Positions 38,710-52,400 of a stretch of 64,000 nt of DNA are shown piece by piece. The notes beneath the pieces are model-generated. The model searched no databases. It was given only the letters and a program-made list of their open reading frames with translations, and was not told where the DNA came from. The stretch covers positions 1 to 64,000 of the forward strand of contig NW_026858926.1 in NCBI RefSeq assembly GCF_026571515.1, written 5' to 3'. The translations under genes were made by a program, and so were the position numbers. Every line of letters starts with the position of its first letter. Positions within the stretch are counted from its first letter, which is position 1. This stretch comes from Ruditapes philippinarum (Eukaryota).

Positions 38710-41700
38710 CTGAAGTTAATATAAATCATAAAACATTTTTATTGACCAATCTCTCACTTTGTTTGGTAATAACATGATCGTTTTCTTTTTCTATGATAAT
38801 GTGCAAGACATATCAAGTTTTTTTATGGATAGTGTACAAGTTATTCGTAGAAAAAAAAATAGTGTTTAACAGGAAGGTCCAAAAATTTTGATTTTTGTTG
38901 TTTTTTTTTTTGTTTTTTTTTAAAATGTAATTTCTTTTTAAATTGTCAATTTTGTTATTATGAATATAATGATTATTGGGTTTGTTTTAAATGATGTATA
39001 CTGGTGTGAGAGAATCAAAATCATATTTGAGCATTATTAGCCCTTTTACTGCCGAAGCTATATGTTTACCAATTCCATGTAAAAATCAACTAATAGGATA
39101 CATGTGTACTTATTTCTTTACATTTTTTGTATACGAAACTTAAAACAGAGAGAAATAAAGAATCACTAAAGAACGCACAAAATGACACAACTGAAAATGT
39201 TGCAATCTCTGTTTGATTGAGCATGTTCAAATTATGGAGCGGTAGACAGAGTTGTCAATGAATTTATATATTTGTAAATCAAATTTACGAAACTTTCAAT
39301 AAATCAAATAAATCTGTCCTGATACCTGTCTATTGTAAGCAAATAAATGATAATGCAAGTCAAATCAAAATCCATTTATTTCACTTATAAGTGGGTCGAT
39401 TTATACCCGTCTTGTAGGCGGCAAAAGGGGTATTGACTACAACAGATTTATCACAGGCCGGAAAAGCACAGCTGTGATAATTTTCTATTTCTGGTCAAAG
39501 TGCCAATTTGAATTAAAATATACAGATACGAGCGAGTGTTTCAATAAGCTTATAGCTTCTAACACAATCGAACTAAAATAAATTAATATAAACCAAATAC
39601 AATATAAATAGTTCTCTAAGTTTAAAACATGTGAATATACTTAGTTTAAAAACCTGTACAATAAACTTATCTCCACTTGTTGTTTTTATTTACATACTTT
39701 TATTTTTTGTAAATATATTGAGGACAATGTGTTAAAAAATGGGGTGCGAATGATTATCAAAGGTTATCATTTATCAAAACAGACTTAGAACCAATCGGAA
39801 CGCCCTCAGCTATTATCTATAATATCCAAAGTCTTACAGAAAGGGCCGAAAAGTTGCGATTGGTTAGAACTGCGCTACCTTCACCAGAGTAGGGTAAAAT
39901 AAGTGAGTAGGGTAAAAATAAGTATCTCTCTCCATAATAAATGAATAATAACGAATATGTTGATTTAAAGTAGAGATTAAATGTATTTGTTCACCCTCAA
40001 ACCAAACTGGCTAGAGATTGGCAATGTGTGTGGTTCCCTTTTTCTATTTCCATTATTTTACAACAACCATCTGTACCCAATAACATGGGTGCTAGTTTAA
40101 AATATCAGAAAACCTGAAAACTCAGTGCTATTTCAATTGGTTTTATATAGAAATAGAGAGCTTTCAGGATTAAAAAAAAATCTGAAAACTTGTACCCATG
40201 CAATAATAACATTCAGATTACACAGGATTGTCACATTAGATGATGTTCTTGCAAAGGATACCAACGGCAGCATAAGGCATAACAAGGTCTGGATATAGAA
40301 ACAAATTCACTTCTCAAAGAATATATAAATGCGTTTCAACCATTCGAAGGAAGAATCGGTCAGTTATATAGACATCAAAGTCTACCTTGAATAGACAAAT
40401 GTCAAAGTACTGCCTGCTTCTATACTGTATCATTCTGTTAGCTTATATGTTAAACAAGCCACATTATACTTGCATCAAACTCAACATCATCGGAACCCAC
40501 GGTACACAATCCGTATATACTATTTACCGATACGGGTAAATAGCCTGGGTCATCGATGTTGCAAACTCAGCAAAAAAAAAAAAAAACAACAACAAAAAAA
40601 ACAACATAAAACCATCCTCAAGTAGCTGCAAATTAAATCTTAGACCTCTTGTATATCACTCTGATGTTCAACTATTTTGTAATCACTGTAATGTTTTTCA
40701 AACATTGTAATATTTTTGGTTAAGACAGGGCAAGTATTAATGTCCGTACAACAGCTATTACCTTGTAAGACATTGTACCGTTTTCTCGAGCATGTGCAGT
40801 CTACGTAGGGAAAAAACACAACAAAACTATTGTACTTCACAGAAGACAGACAGGTAGACATTCAAAGAAATTCAGCATCAGTCCATGGCTCAAGACATTA
40901 AATTTTTATTGACATATCATTTATCAAAACAGAACAGAACTGAACACAACTTGTAACATGTAACTAGAGTAAATAAAATGTTATTCTGTTCTGATAAAAA
41001 CAAATAATGAAGGAACAAAATAAAATGCTTTATGGTGTTGTGACAAATGCTGTCTTAAAAAAGAAGTGGAATTAATATGCAAGTTTTTTTTTTAAAAATT
41101 TGTCAAACTTGATATCTCGTCGGACGTACTACATTTGTATATCAAACTATTAAGATACTCTTCGTAAAATCTTGATGAACGCTGGCTTACATTAATGTGA
41201 TACTCATTAAAGATCCCAAAAAGTGTATTTTCATTTATTTTTCTGAACCGTTCTGTATATTGAGAAAGATATGCCCGAGTAACGTTATTCTAGCACGTTT
41301 AAATGTTGCATTTAAAACAGAGAAAATAAGACCCCCTTAAGAAAGTCCAAAATGGCAAAGTTGCTGATGAAAGTCATAACCGAGTGCAATTTATTATAAA
41401 TGTAAATTTTTCAGGAATTCTAAAACTATTTTTTTTCTCCTCATCTTTGCATCACCGTTAATTCCAAAACCTATAAAAAATGTTTGTATAAATTAGATCA
41501 GACTACTAAATATATAAGATGTTTAAATCTTTATTAAATTTATTTGTCCACCGTTATACTGATTTGGGGATTGTTTTGTTGTTGTTGTATTTTCCCCTAT
41601 GAAAACGCGCATGCTTTAATTTGAATATTTATCGCATCGCTATGGATGCCATATTGTAACAAAAGATCTATATGATTTTATATATAATAATAAATAAATA

Positions 41701-41751
41701 AAATTAACACAACTCATGTAGGGTTACCATCTATTTATTTCAAATCTTGTA

Positions 41752-42654
41752 AAACAAGAGGGCCATGATGGCCCTGAAGTCGCTCACCTGTATATAGGCC
41801 CCCAGAGCAGGGCCAGTTTAAACCCCAGGGCTTTTATTTGAACCAACTGGTAGACACCCATTAGAAGATATTTCATGCTAAATATCTAAGGTCTAGCTCG
41901 TTGAATTTTTAAAAAAAAGATTTTTTAAGTTTTAACTATACACATATAGTTAAAAGCAATGACACCCCTAGGGCCGGGCCAGTTTTGACCCCAGGGCTTT
42001 TATTTGAACAAACTTTGAAGACACTCACTAGAAGAGGTTTCATGCTTGATATCTAAACTCTAGCTATTTGGGATTTTTTTAAAGAAGATTTTAAAGTTTT
42101 TGCTATACACAAATAAGGAAAATCAATGTCCCCCGGGGCGGGGCCAATTTTGACCCTAGGTATTTTATTTGAACAAACTTGATAGACACTCATTAGAACA
42201 TGTTTCATACTAAATATCTAAGCTCTAGCTATTTGGGTTCTTTAAAAGAAGATTTTATAAGTTTTTAAAATATGCATATAGGGAAAATCAATGACCCCCT
42301 GGGGCGGGGCCAATTTTGACCCCAGGGCTTTTATTTGAACAAACTTGATAGACACTCACTAGAAGATGTTTCGTGCCAAATATCTAAGCTCTACCTCTTT
42401 GCGTTTTTTAAAAGAAGATATTTTAAGTTTTTCTATCGGTTGCCATGGCAACCAGAGTTCTGCATGGAATTAAATTCTTTGAACAATTTTTAAAGGTGAC
42501 CACTAAAGGAACATTCCTGTGAAGTTTAGTTGAAATTGGCTCAGCAGTTTATGAGGAGATGTCATTTAAAGTAAAAGTTTACGGACGGACGACGGACGGA
42601 CGAAAAGCGATCACAAAAGCTCACCCTGTCACTTTGTGACAGGTGAGCTAAAAA
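41752..42654 (+). mobile_element. Helentron-associated non-autonomous element (HINE / pearl / DTC84-like) with an internal ~175-bp tandem array
   Basis: 5' aacaagagggccatgatggccct palindrome plus gctcacctg; 3-4 tandem ~175-bp units; (GGAC)n microsatellite at ~42581-42602; 3' palindrome agctcaccctgtcac-tttgtgacaggtgagct followed by an A-run. Confidence 0.85.
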
Positions 42655-42842
42655 TATAAAAATTTACAATCTATAATATATTTCAAATTTTGTAAAAAAA
42701 ACATAACATAATATTTCAATGTACAAAAAGTTTATATCACATATTATATTCCCCGAGAAATTACAAAATAAATCTTACATAAAATTCTTCATCCATAAGT
42801 TAAATAACATCCACACAGATTACACATGTAAATTAGCTTTAA

Positions 42843-43191
42843 AGGGACTCCACTGAAGTTTTAATGACATACTAGTAACTGAACTGAAAAAATACTTTTT
42901 CGACATCAATATTCCATTTGATGTAGGTTTAGACCAATAACTTGTATGCATAATTCCAGATCATTTGTTCACTTTGTTTTTTCTGAATAATCATTCAAAT
43001 TGTCAAAAATTACTCAAAATTGAAAAGCGTTGAAACACTTTGAAAGGGATAAAGTACTGTATAAAGAATATGATTCTCAATATATTTCTTATTATCTTTT
43101 GCATACCTTTCCGTTTTAAAGAGTCCCAGCTGATCTATGTAAGAAATTCAAGTTTAATGTTTTAAGGCTTTTAAACCTCAGTGGAGTTCCT
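42843..43191. mobile_element. TTAA-flanked MITE (Kolobok-like)
   Basis: TTAA|AGGGACTCCACTGAAGTTT...AAACCTCAGTGGAGTTCCT|TTAA. Confidence 0.75.
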
Positions 43192-43450
43192 TTAAAAATA
43201 ATTTAATCAATCTCAGTACATTTACACCAATTTTTAATGATTTTGTTCTGTTACATCATCAACTGTTGATTTGTACCTTTTTATAAAACTGACTGAATTT
43301 GAATGTCTACGAAACACTGAATAATAATTTACTGTAGATCACACTTTAAGATTTCAAGATTTATTTTCAATATATGCAAAAGTCCCACGATAGTGTCATC
43401 TGGTTGAAGTGGTAACTGATTTAACCCTTGTTTCAAGCCCTGCTTTCACA

Positions 43451-46400
43451 TTATTTCACATTTGAAATGTCCTTCCTTCTAGTTGATGCCTTAGTTTGGA
43501 TGACACTTGCAGTTTGGATGACTTTTGCTTTTTTCCTCGTGTAATGCTTCGGCTTAGAGACATTACTAGTACGTAACCCACCAGGAGACAAAGGCTGTCT
43601 GTAAAATTCATCATGGTCTGAAGCATAAAAATCTGAGCCCATGCCGATGCTGAAAATAATTTACAATTATGTATAAAATGAACCAGCTTGAAATTGATAT
43701 ATTCATGTAAAATTATATTTAAAAAAATTCAGTTACTTTTCAGAACTTTAAAGCAGCATTCAGTTGCTTTCCAGAACTTTAAAGCAGCCTACGGTTTTTA
43801 TTTTTTGTCGGGAAAAGTCAATTCTGTGTCGTTTCAAACTAAGTATTTTAGTAATTTTATCTTGCAAAAGTGCATCATGTCACTGTTAAACATTCTTCAA
43901 AGATATTTATAGCGTCAGTAACGTTTGTGTCTAAAAATAGCAGATTGGGAAATAAATCTTCAACTATACTAATTTGGAGAGCGGACCCAAAGATCCAAGG
44001 TATCGAGGGTTTACCTGATTGTTTATGTATTCTAGTCCAAAGATGTCATTTTCCTTCTTAATTCTTTTGATTTGACAATTATATGAAACGATTTATCTAA
44101 AAAGAACATATTTAACCATTAGAAAAACTGAAGGCCGCTTTAATGATTGATTGGTTAAGTGCCTATAATTATTATCCCTAATGGCACATCTTACATTGGC
44201 AGTACATTATCAAATACTAATGTTTATCTCTGAATATACTAAAGCTGTCACAGAAGTGACCAATACCCCCTTCATTTTTTGACATAGAACTTTATTCAGG
44301 TCCAAATATCATTATTTTTGTTGGTTAAGTTTGGAAAAAAAATCTCCAATGTGCAGGATAGAGCAGACACAGTACAGACAAACTGATTCACGGACAAACT
44401 GACACCACAAAGTGATTCCAATAAAGCCAGCTCCACATTATATGGTGGGGAAGGGTATAATAACATGATTAACACTTTAACATTTTTGTCTTTAACCTGC
44501 AGAATTTGTGTAATGTTTTGCCTTGCTGAGAATTTGGAACAGTCTAATGAAGTTTATGGGTGAAGAAGATAACCACAAATGCCCCCTGATCCTGTTTCTT
44601 GTCAGAAACAAATTATCCAAAACAGGTTTACCCATTCACTCAGTGATGAAAGGAAAGATTGCTAAAAATATTGTTACACAGTACTCTTAGTTACTGTTAA
44701 AAAATGTAAGATAGCATATATTATATCATTCACAAACAAGAGCAACATTGTTGCAAAATACACCATCAGAAAAACTTTTGTCAGAGATGTTGGATTATAG
44801 ATATCCATATAGGAGATATGCCCTGTATCAATAAAATTCCTCAATACATGTAGGAGATATTCTCCGCACAAAATTGTGAACGCCATCCAAAGTGATGAAA
44901 AGGGAAAAGGTACAAATCATCTTTACAGTTTGCCACAGTTTGTCTGTCAATGAAATCACTCTATTTTGTTTAAATTTTGCCGAAATATTTACCATAAATA
45001 TCCATTTCATCATTAAACAACCATAGATCTATTTACAATTATCAATATGCTACCATTTATAGATATACATTATGTTAATATTAATTTTGATAATAGAAAA
45101 TATTGATAATTGCTACACACAGTCTCTTGACATTAAGTAGATATGTTATGTTTAAAATCCTAGATACTATAGATGATCACAATAATGAATATATATTATA
45201 TAGTGCCATTAAAAATACTGACAGTTTTTTTTTTTATAAAGGCCAACTTAACTTAATCTGTAATAGGGAACACAGCTTCCCAAACATAGTTTATTTCATT
45301 CTTTTATTCAAATTAGAAATATTCAGTAAGAATTTCAAAGATTTCAATATATTTCTTTGGTTAAAATATTTTTCTCAAGGATAAGCATAGTATATCTTTA
45401 AATTAACATCTTTAATCTACTAAATGATGAAATATTTGTAAATTGTACTTACCAGAAGTGGATGACACACAGACAATAATAAAACATGGAGACGATGACG
45501 AGAACGACCGTGAGAATCACGTGCATGTACGACACCGCCACCACCTCTTCCTCCTTTAGTTAATATAAAATATCAAAACATTTTTATTGACAGTTCAAAT
45601 ACATTCCCACTACTTTTTTTGGGTAATACTCAATCAAAAACTCACATTTCCACCACTTTTTTTGGGTAATACTCAATCAAAAACTCACATTCCCACTACT
45701 TTTTTGGTAATAACCAATCAAAAACTCACATTCCCACTACTTTTTTTGGTAATAACCAATCAAAAACTCACATTCCCACTACTTTTTTGGTAATAACCAA
45801 TCAAAAACTCACATTCCCACTACTTTTTTGGTAATAACCAAACAAAAACTTACATTCCAACTACTTTTTTGGTAATAACCAATCAAAAACTCACATTCCC
45901 ACTACTTTTTTTGGTAATAACCAATCAAAAACTCACATTCCCACTACTTTTTTTTTGGTAATAACCAATCAAAAACTCACATTCCCACTACTGTTTTGGT
46001 AATAACCAATCAAAAACTCACATTCCCACTACTTTTTTGGTAATAACCAATCAAAAACTCACATTCCCACTACTTTTTTGGTAAATAACCAATCAAAAAC
46101 TCACATTCCCACTACTTTTTTGGTAAATAACCAATCAAAAACTCACATTCCCACTACTGTTTTGGTAATAACCAATCAAAAACTCACATTCCCACTACTT
46201 TTTTTTTGGTAATAACCAATCAAAAACTCACATTCCCACTACTGTTTTGGTAATAACCAATCAAAAACTCACATTCCCACTACTTTTTTTTGGTAAATAA
46301 CCAATCAAAAACTCACATTCCCACTACTGTTTTTGGTAATAACCAATCAAAACTCACATTCCACTACTTTTTTTGGTAATAACCAATCAAAAACTCACAT

Positions 46401-49400
46401 TCCCACTACTTTTTTGGTAAATAACCAATCAAAAACTCACATTCCCACTACTGTTTTGGTAATAACCAATCAAAAACTCACATTCCCACTACTTTTTTGG
46501 TAATAACCAATCAAAAACTCACATTCCCACTACTTTTTGGTAAATAACCAATCAAAAACTCACATTCCCACTACTTTTTTGGTAATAACCAATCAAAAAC
46601 TCACATTCTTACTACTTTTTTGGTAAATAACCAATCAAAAACTCACATTCCCACTACTGTTTTGGTAATAACCAATCAAAAACTCACATTCCCACTACTT
46701 TTTTGGTAATAACCAATCAAAAACTCACATTCCCACTACTTTTTTGGTAAATAACCAATCAAAAACTCACATTCCCACTACTGTTTTGGTAATAACCAAT
46801 CAAAAACTCACATTCCTACTACTTTTTTGGTAAATAACCAATCAAAAACTCACATTCCACTACTATTTTTTTTGGTAATAACCAATCAAAAACTCACATT
46901 CCCACTACTGTTTTTTGGTAATAACCAATCAAAAACTCACATTCCCACTACTTTTTTGGTAATAACCAATCAAAAACTCACATTCCCACTACTTTTTTTT
47001 TTGGTAATAACCAATCAAAAACTCACATTCCCACTACTTTTTTTGGTAAATAACCAATCAAAAACTCACATTCCCACTACTGTTTTTGGTAATAACCAAT
47101 CAAAAACTTCACATTCCCACTACTGTTTTGGTAATAGCCAATCAAAAACTCACATTCTTACTACTTTTTTTGGTAATAACCAATCAAAAACTCACATTCC
47201 AACTACTTTTTTGGTAATAACCAATCAAAAACTCACATTCTTACTACTTTTTTTGGTAATAACCAATCAAAAACTCACATTCTTACTACTTTTTTGGGTA
47301 ATAGCCAATCAAAAACTCACATTCTTACTACTTTTTTTGGTAATAACCAATCAAAAACTCACATTCTTACTACTTTTTTTGGTAATAACCAATCAAAAAC
47401 TCACATTCTTACTACTTTTTTTGGTAATAACCAATCAAAAACTCACATTCTTACTACTTTTTTGGGTAATAGCCAATCAAAAACTCACATTCTTACTACT
47501 TTTTTGGGTAATAGCCAATCAAAAACTCACATTCTTACTACTTTTTTTGGTAATAACCAATCAAAAACTCACATTCTTACTACTTTTTTTGGTAATAACC
47601 AATCAAAAACTCACATTCTTACTACTTTTTTTGGTAATAACCAATCAAAAAATCACATTTCCACTACTTTTTTTGGTAATAACCAATCAAAAACTCACAT
47701 TTCCACTACTTTTTTGGAAATAACCAATCGAAAACTCACATTCATACTACTGTTTTGGTAATAACCAATCAAAAACTCACATTCCAACTACTTTTTAGAT
47801 TACATAACCAATCAAAAACATTTGTATGATAATGTACCAAAGAAAATGTATATAATATTTGATGGTTTACGTTCATGCCTGTCAGCAGCAAAATTATCAC
47901 CATATCCTGTAGTTAATATTATACTAAATCATTCATTTCTTTTGGCCTATTTTGGTAATTGTTATAATTATACTGATTTCGTACATAGTATTTTGTATGG
48001 AAGTCATTACATTTTCCAACCCTACCGAACACTGCACCGCATATTCAATGCTACTTTTTTCAGTTGTTTAACATCTAAAATGCTCCTAATCTGTTACTAA
48101 AACATTTTTAAACACATAATATAATTTGACCTAATAAAATATCACATAGTTATCGATTGCAAATTTAATTTTATACCATAATTGTTTCAAATTGACATTT
48201 ATAATAAATGATTTATCTTAAAATAACATATTTAAACTTTTGAAAAGCTGAAGATCACTTTAAGTTTTATAAGTACAAATATCCTGTTTTCATATCTTCT
48301 GAATATTCTAGAATTATTAGAACACTGTTAATACCAAGTGTCTGCACTCCTTGTGAAGATAGTGGGATTAGCAAAGTTTTATATTTGAGCCGTGTCATGA
48401 CAAAACCAACATAATTGGTTTGCGAGCAGCATGGATCCAGACCAGCCTGCGCATCCGCCCAGTCTGATCAGGAACCATGCTCTTCGCTATCAGTTTCACA
48501 ACTTGTAATAGGGTTTGTAAGGGAACAGCATGGATCCTGATCAGACTGCGCGGATGCGCAGGCTGGTCTGGATCCATGCTGGTCGCAAACGCACAATGTT
48601 GGTTTTGTCATGACACGGCTCATTTACTTTGTTCATATTTTGTGAACATGATGAGCTCATTCTGCAGGTCCTGGGGGTTCAAACCTTGTGAATATTAGAG
48701 GTTCACACTTTATAAATATAAACCAATCTTACACCTTGTGAACAGGCTTTCTTCACCCCTTCCACCTTCACCACAGTTGGGTAAAAAAAAAACCTCTCTC
48801 CATAATAAAAATCGAAAAATAAGATATTTTTGATGTATTTCTGTAGTAAAAAGTAGGGATACAGGAACATTTAATTACCATACTATATGTATGGAAAACA
48901 GGGCATTTACTTAATGTACTACTAATATATTTGGTTACGATCAAACAAAGCCACGCTAAAAACTGTCATGGTGTGTTCTCCTCATTTCTTGGGGGAATTT
49001 TTTAATGTTTTTTTGTTTGATTATTTATCAACAACCATTTTGCAACCAGTACATAATTTCTTAGTCACAAATGTATTCTAAGCTGTCATACAAGCCAAAT
49101 CCCATGAAAAGACACCAATGGCAGCTAACAACAATCTTAAGAATGTACAAATGTTATCAGAATTTATTTTTTTCCAAAATCGCTCACTCCTTTCTTTTGT
49201 TTACAAAACAGGTATTTTTAAAACATGGCAGGGGTAAAAGGATGGCCAAGTGGAAAGCCTGCTTATTGGTTTAAACCTTTTAAACACCAGAAACTTACCT
49301 GGCTAATACGCTGTTTCTATGTAAAAATATACATGTATTGGAAAAAATATAGCCAAAAATTGCTTTGTAAATGTTTCTTGCAAAATAGAACCTTTAGTCC

Positions 49401-52400
49401 AAATTAAAATTTTCAATATTTGACTCAAATATTTTTATGACTTTGTAACAGTTTATAAAGTTTGCCTAAGAAAATGCCATTATTAGATTTCTAAAATGTT
49501 CATGGATAAAGCTTAAATCAGAGATGAATGTTTTTTATAAGAAATAAAGAAAACACTCTGGAACACAGATTTATATAAAACTAAATTTGAAAATATATTT
49601 AAAGTACCTGAACACTTTTGACACAGGTAAAACCTCACATAGTAAATACCTCAAACAGGTTTTACCTCACATAGTTTATACATGAGACAGGTTTTACCTC
49701 ATATACTATATACCACAGAGGTTTTACCTCATATAGTTAATACCTCACATAGGTTTTACCTCACAGGTAAAACCTCAAAGTGAGGTAAAACCTCACATAG
49801 TTTATATCTTAAACAGGTTTTACCTTACATAGTTTATACTTCAAACAGGTTTTACCTCACACAGGTTTTACCTCATATAGTATATACCTCATTCAGGTTT
49901 TACCTGACATAGTTTACATCTCAGGCAGGTTTTACCTCATATATTTTTTTCTTAAACAGATTTTTCTTACACAGGTAATACATCACATAGTTTATACCTT
50001 ACATAGTAAATACCTGTCACAGGTTTTACCTCTGACATATAGTAAATACCTAAAACAAGTTTTAACTCACATAGCTTATACTTCAAACAGATTTTACCTC
50101 ACATAGCTTATACTTCAAACAGATTTTACCTCACATAGTTTATGCCTCACACAGGTTTTACCTCAAATTGTTAAGGACATTTTCATGAGTTTTCATGTAG
50201 ACATATTGGCAAAATTAAATCTGTTCTATATTATTTCTTAAAACTTGGCATGCTGCAAGAATATGATAATAGAAACATTTTGAGTGAAAACAATTTGGGG
50301 GTCACCGTTCTTAAAACTGAGATATCTGTCCTAAAGTTTAGCTGAAAGATCTGGCCCACAAATAAAGATCAAGTTTAGCTGAAAGATCTGGCCCATAAAT
50401 AAAAATCAAGCTTGGCTGAAAGATGTGGCCCACAAATAAAGATCAAGTTTAACTAAAAGATCTGACCCACAAATAAAGATTAAGTTTAACTACAAGATCT
50501 GACCCACAAATAAAGATCAAGTTTAACTAAAAGATCTGACCCACAAATAAAGATCAAGTTTAACTACAAGATCTGACCCACAAATAAAGATCAAGTTTAA
50601 CTAAAAGATCTGACCCACAAATAAAGATCAAGTTTAACTAAAAGATCTGACCCACAAATAAAGATCAAGTTAAGCTAAAAGATCTGTCCCACAATTGACC
50701 CTCTAACCCATGACCTCTTTGTTAAGTGGCAGACATCTTAACTCTCAAGTCACCACTCCATTATGAGAGTGCAATACACAGTGTATATTGAATATACAAA
50801 ATTGTATAATTAAACTTAAATTTGTTAACCACTAGCAATAACATACATGTAACCTAAAATAATTCAATATCATAAATAATATGATGTACTCAATGTCATA
50901 AAATAAAATGATGTCCTCAATGTCATAAATAAAATGTTGTACTCAATGCCCAGTGATTTTCCTGCTTATATAACAGACTCCGAAAAAGGGCCTCTTCCCA
51001 ATTGAGATTTTCTTTAAAATCATGCAGTTTTCCCAAAAATCTGAACTTAAACCTGCTTTTTTCTTCCCAAATAAGCAATTTTAGCGATATTTTTTCCCAA
51101 AATCAAGAGGCTTAGGCCTCTTCCCAATTAAGTGAGAAAAATCACTGTTATTGCCATAAATAAAATGATGTACTCAATGCCATAAATAAAATGATGTCCT
51201 CAATGTCATAAAATAAAATGATGTACTCAATGTAATAAATTAAAATGATGTACTAAATGTCATAAAGAAAATGATGTACTCAATGTCATAAATAAAATGA
51301 TGTACTCAATGTCATAAAATAAAATGATGTACTCAATGTCATAAATAAAATGATGTACTCAATGTCATAAATAAAATGATGTACTCAATGTCATAAAATA
51401 AAATGATGTACTCAATGTCATAAATAAAAATGGAATGTAGCCACAGCAAATAACATGATACCTTGTATCTTCTAGCAATGTATTCTTTATAATAAACCTG
51501 TCAAAAATTTATATCAGAATACAGTGTACATCTTACTTATAAATGAAATATTGAGAAATATTGATGAAATTTAATATGTGTTGTCATTTTCCACATTTTC
51601 ACTGCAGTGAAACATATTTTCCATATTTTCACTGGTGTCTTGATGGACTATTTTCTGCTAAATTCAGCCAATATATAAAATTTAAAACTGTGATGCCAAA
51701 AAGGAGAAAACTGTATGTAATTAACAGAAAATTCAAGTTTTTTTTATATAAATATAGGATTTATTTTCATCTTGTGCTATGAAAATTATCATATTTCAAT
51801 ATGATATTTGTGAATATGTTGTGTATAATTATGTAAACTGTTTATACATTGCAATAATGTTATGTACATCAGCTGAGTCCCACATGGAAGATGGTGAAGC
51901 AGAATATGCAAGTCTTTTTAAATAAAGGCGTTACTTACTAGATAATAATACTACATCACTCAGAACTTGATCACCATATTTTTACAGTAATATCTTATAT
52001 GAACATCCAAATGAAACTTATATTTCTATTTCTTTTCATCAATATTTGAAATGCTTAAATGGTTAAATCCACTTTAATATGAAGCAGATAATTTATTTGT
52101 ATGGGACAATGACTGAGTGAGTGTTAATTAAGTCACAAAAAACTCATTTGAGCCGCGTCATGACAAAACGCACATAATGCGTTTGCGACCAGCATGGATC
52201 CAGACCAGCCTGCGCATCTGTGCAGTTTGATCAGAATCCATGCTGTTTGCTATCAGTTTCCCTACTTGTTATAGGGTTTGTAAGCGAACAGCATGGATCC
52301 TGCTCAAACTGCACAGATGCACAGGCTGGTCTGGATCCATACTGGTCGCAAACGCACTATGATGATGATGGTTTTGTCATGACACGGCTCAAATTTTAAT

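Noticed and set aside
40240-40570. Possible decayed reverse-transcriptase fragment
   Set aside because: Only a vague resemblance; no intact motif could be read.
44674-45013. Overlapping minus-strand ORFs in the cassette A intron
   Set aside because: No phase-compatible splice path was found and no homology was recognised.
45601-47819. CRISPR array, or the 298-aa and 155-aa ORFs
   Set aside because: Units are contiguous with no unique spacers and no cas genes; the ORFs are translations of the satellite.
48395-48698. ORFs MDPDQPAHPRSLIRIHAV and its antisense
   Set aside because: Translations of the palindromic MITE.
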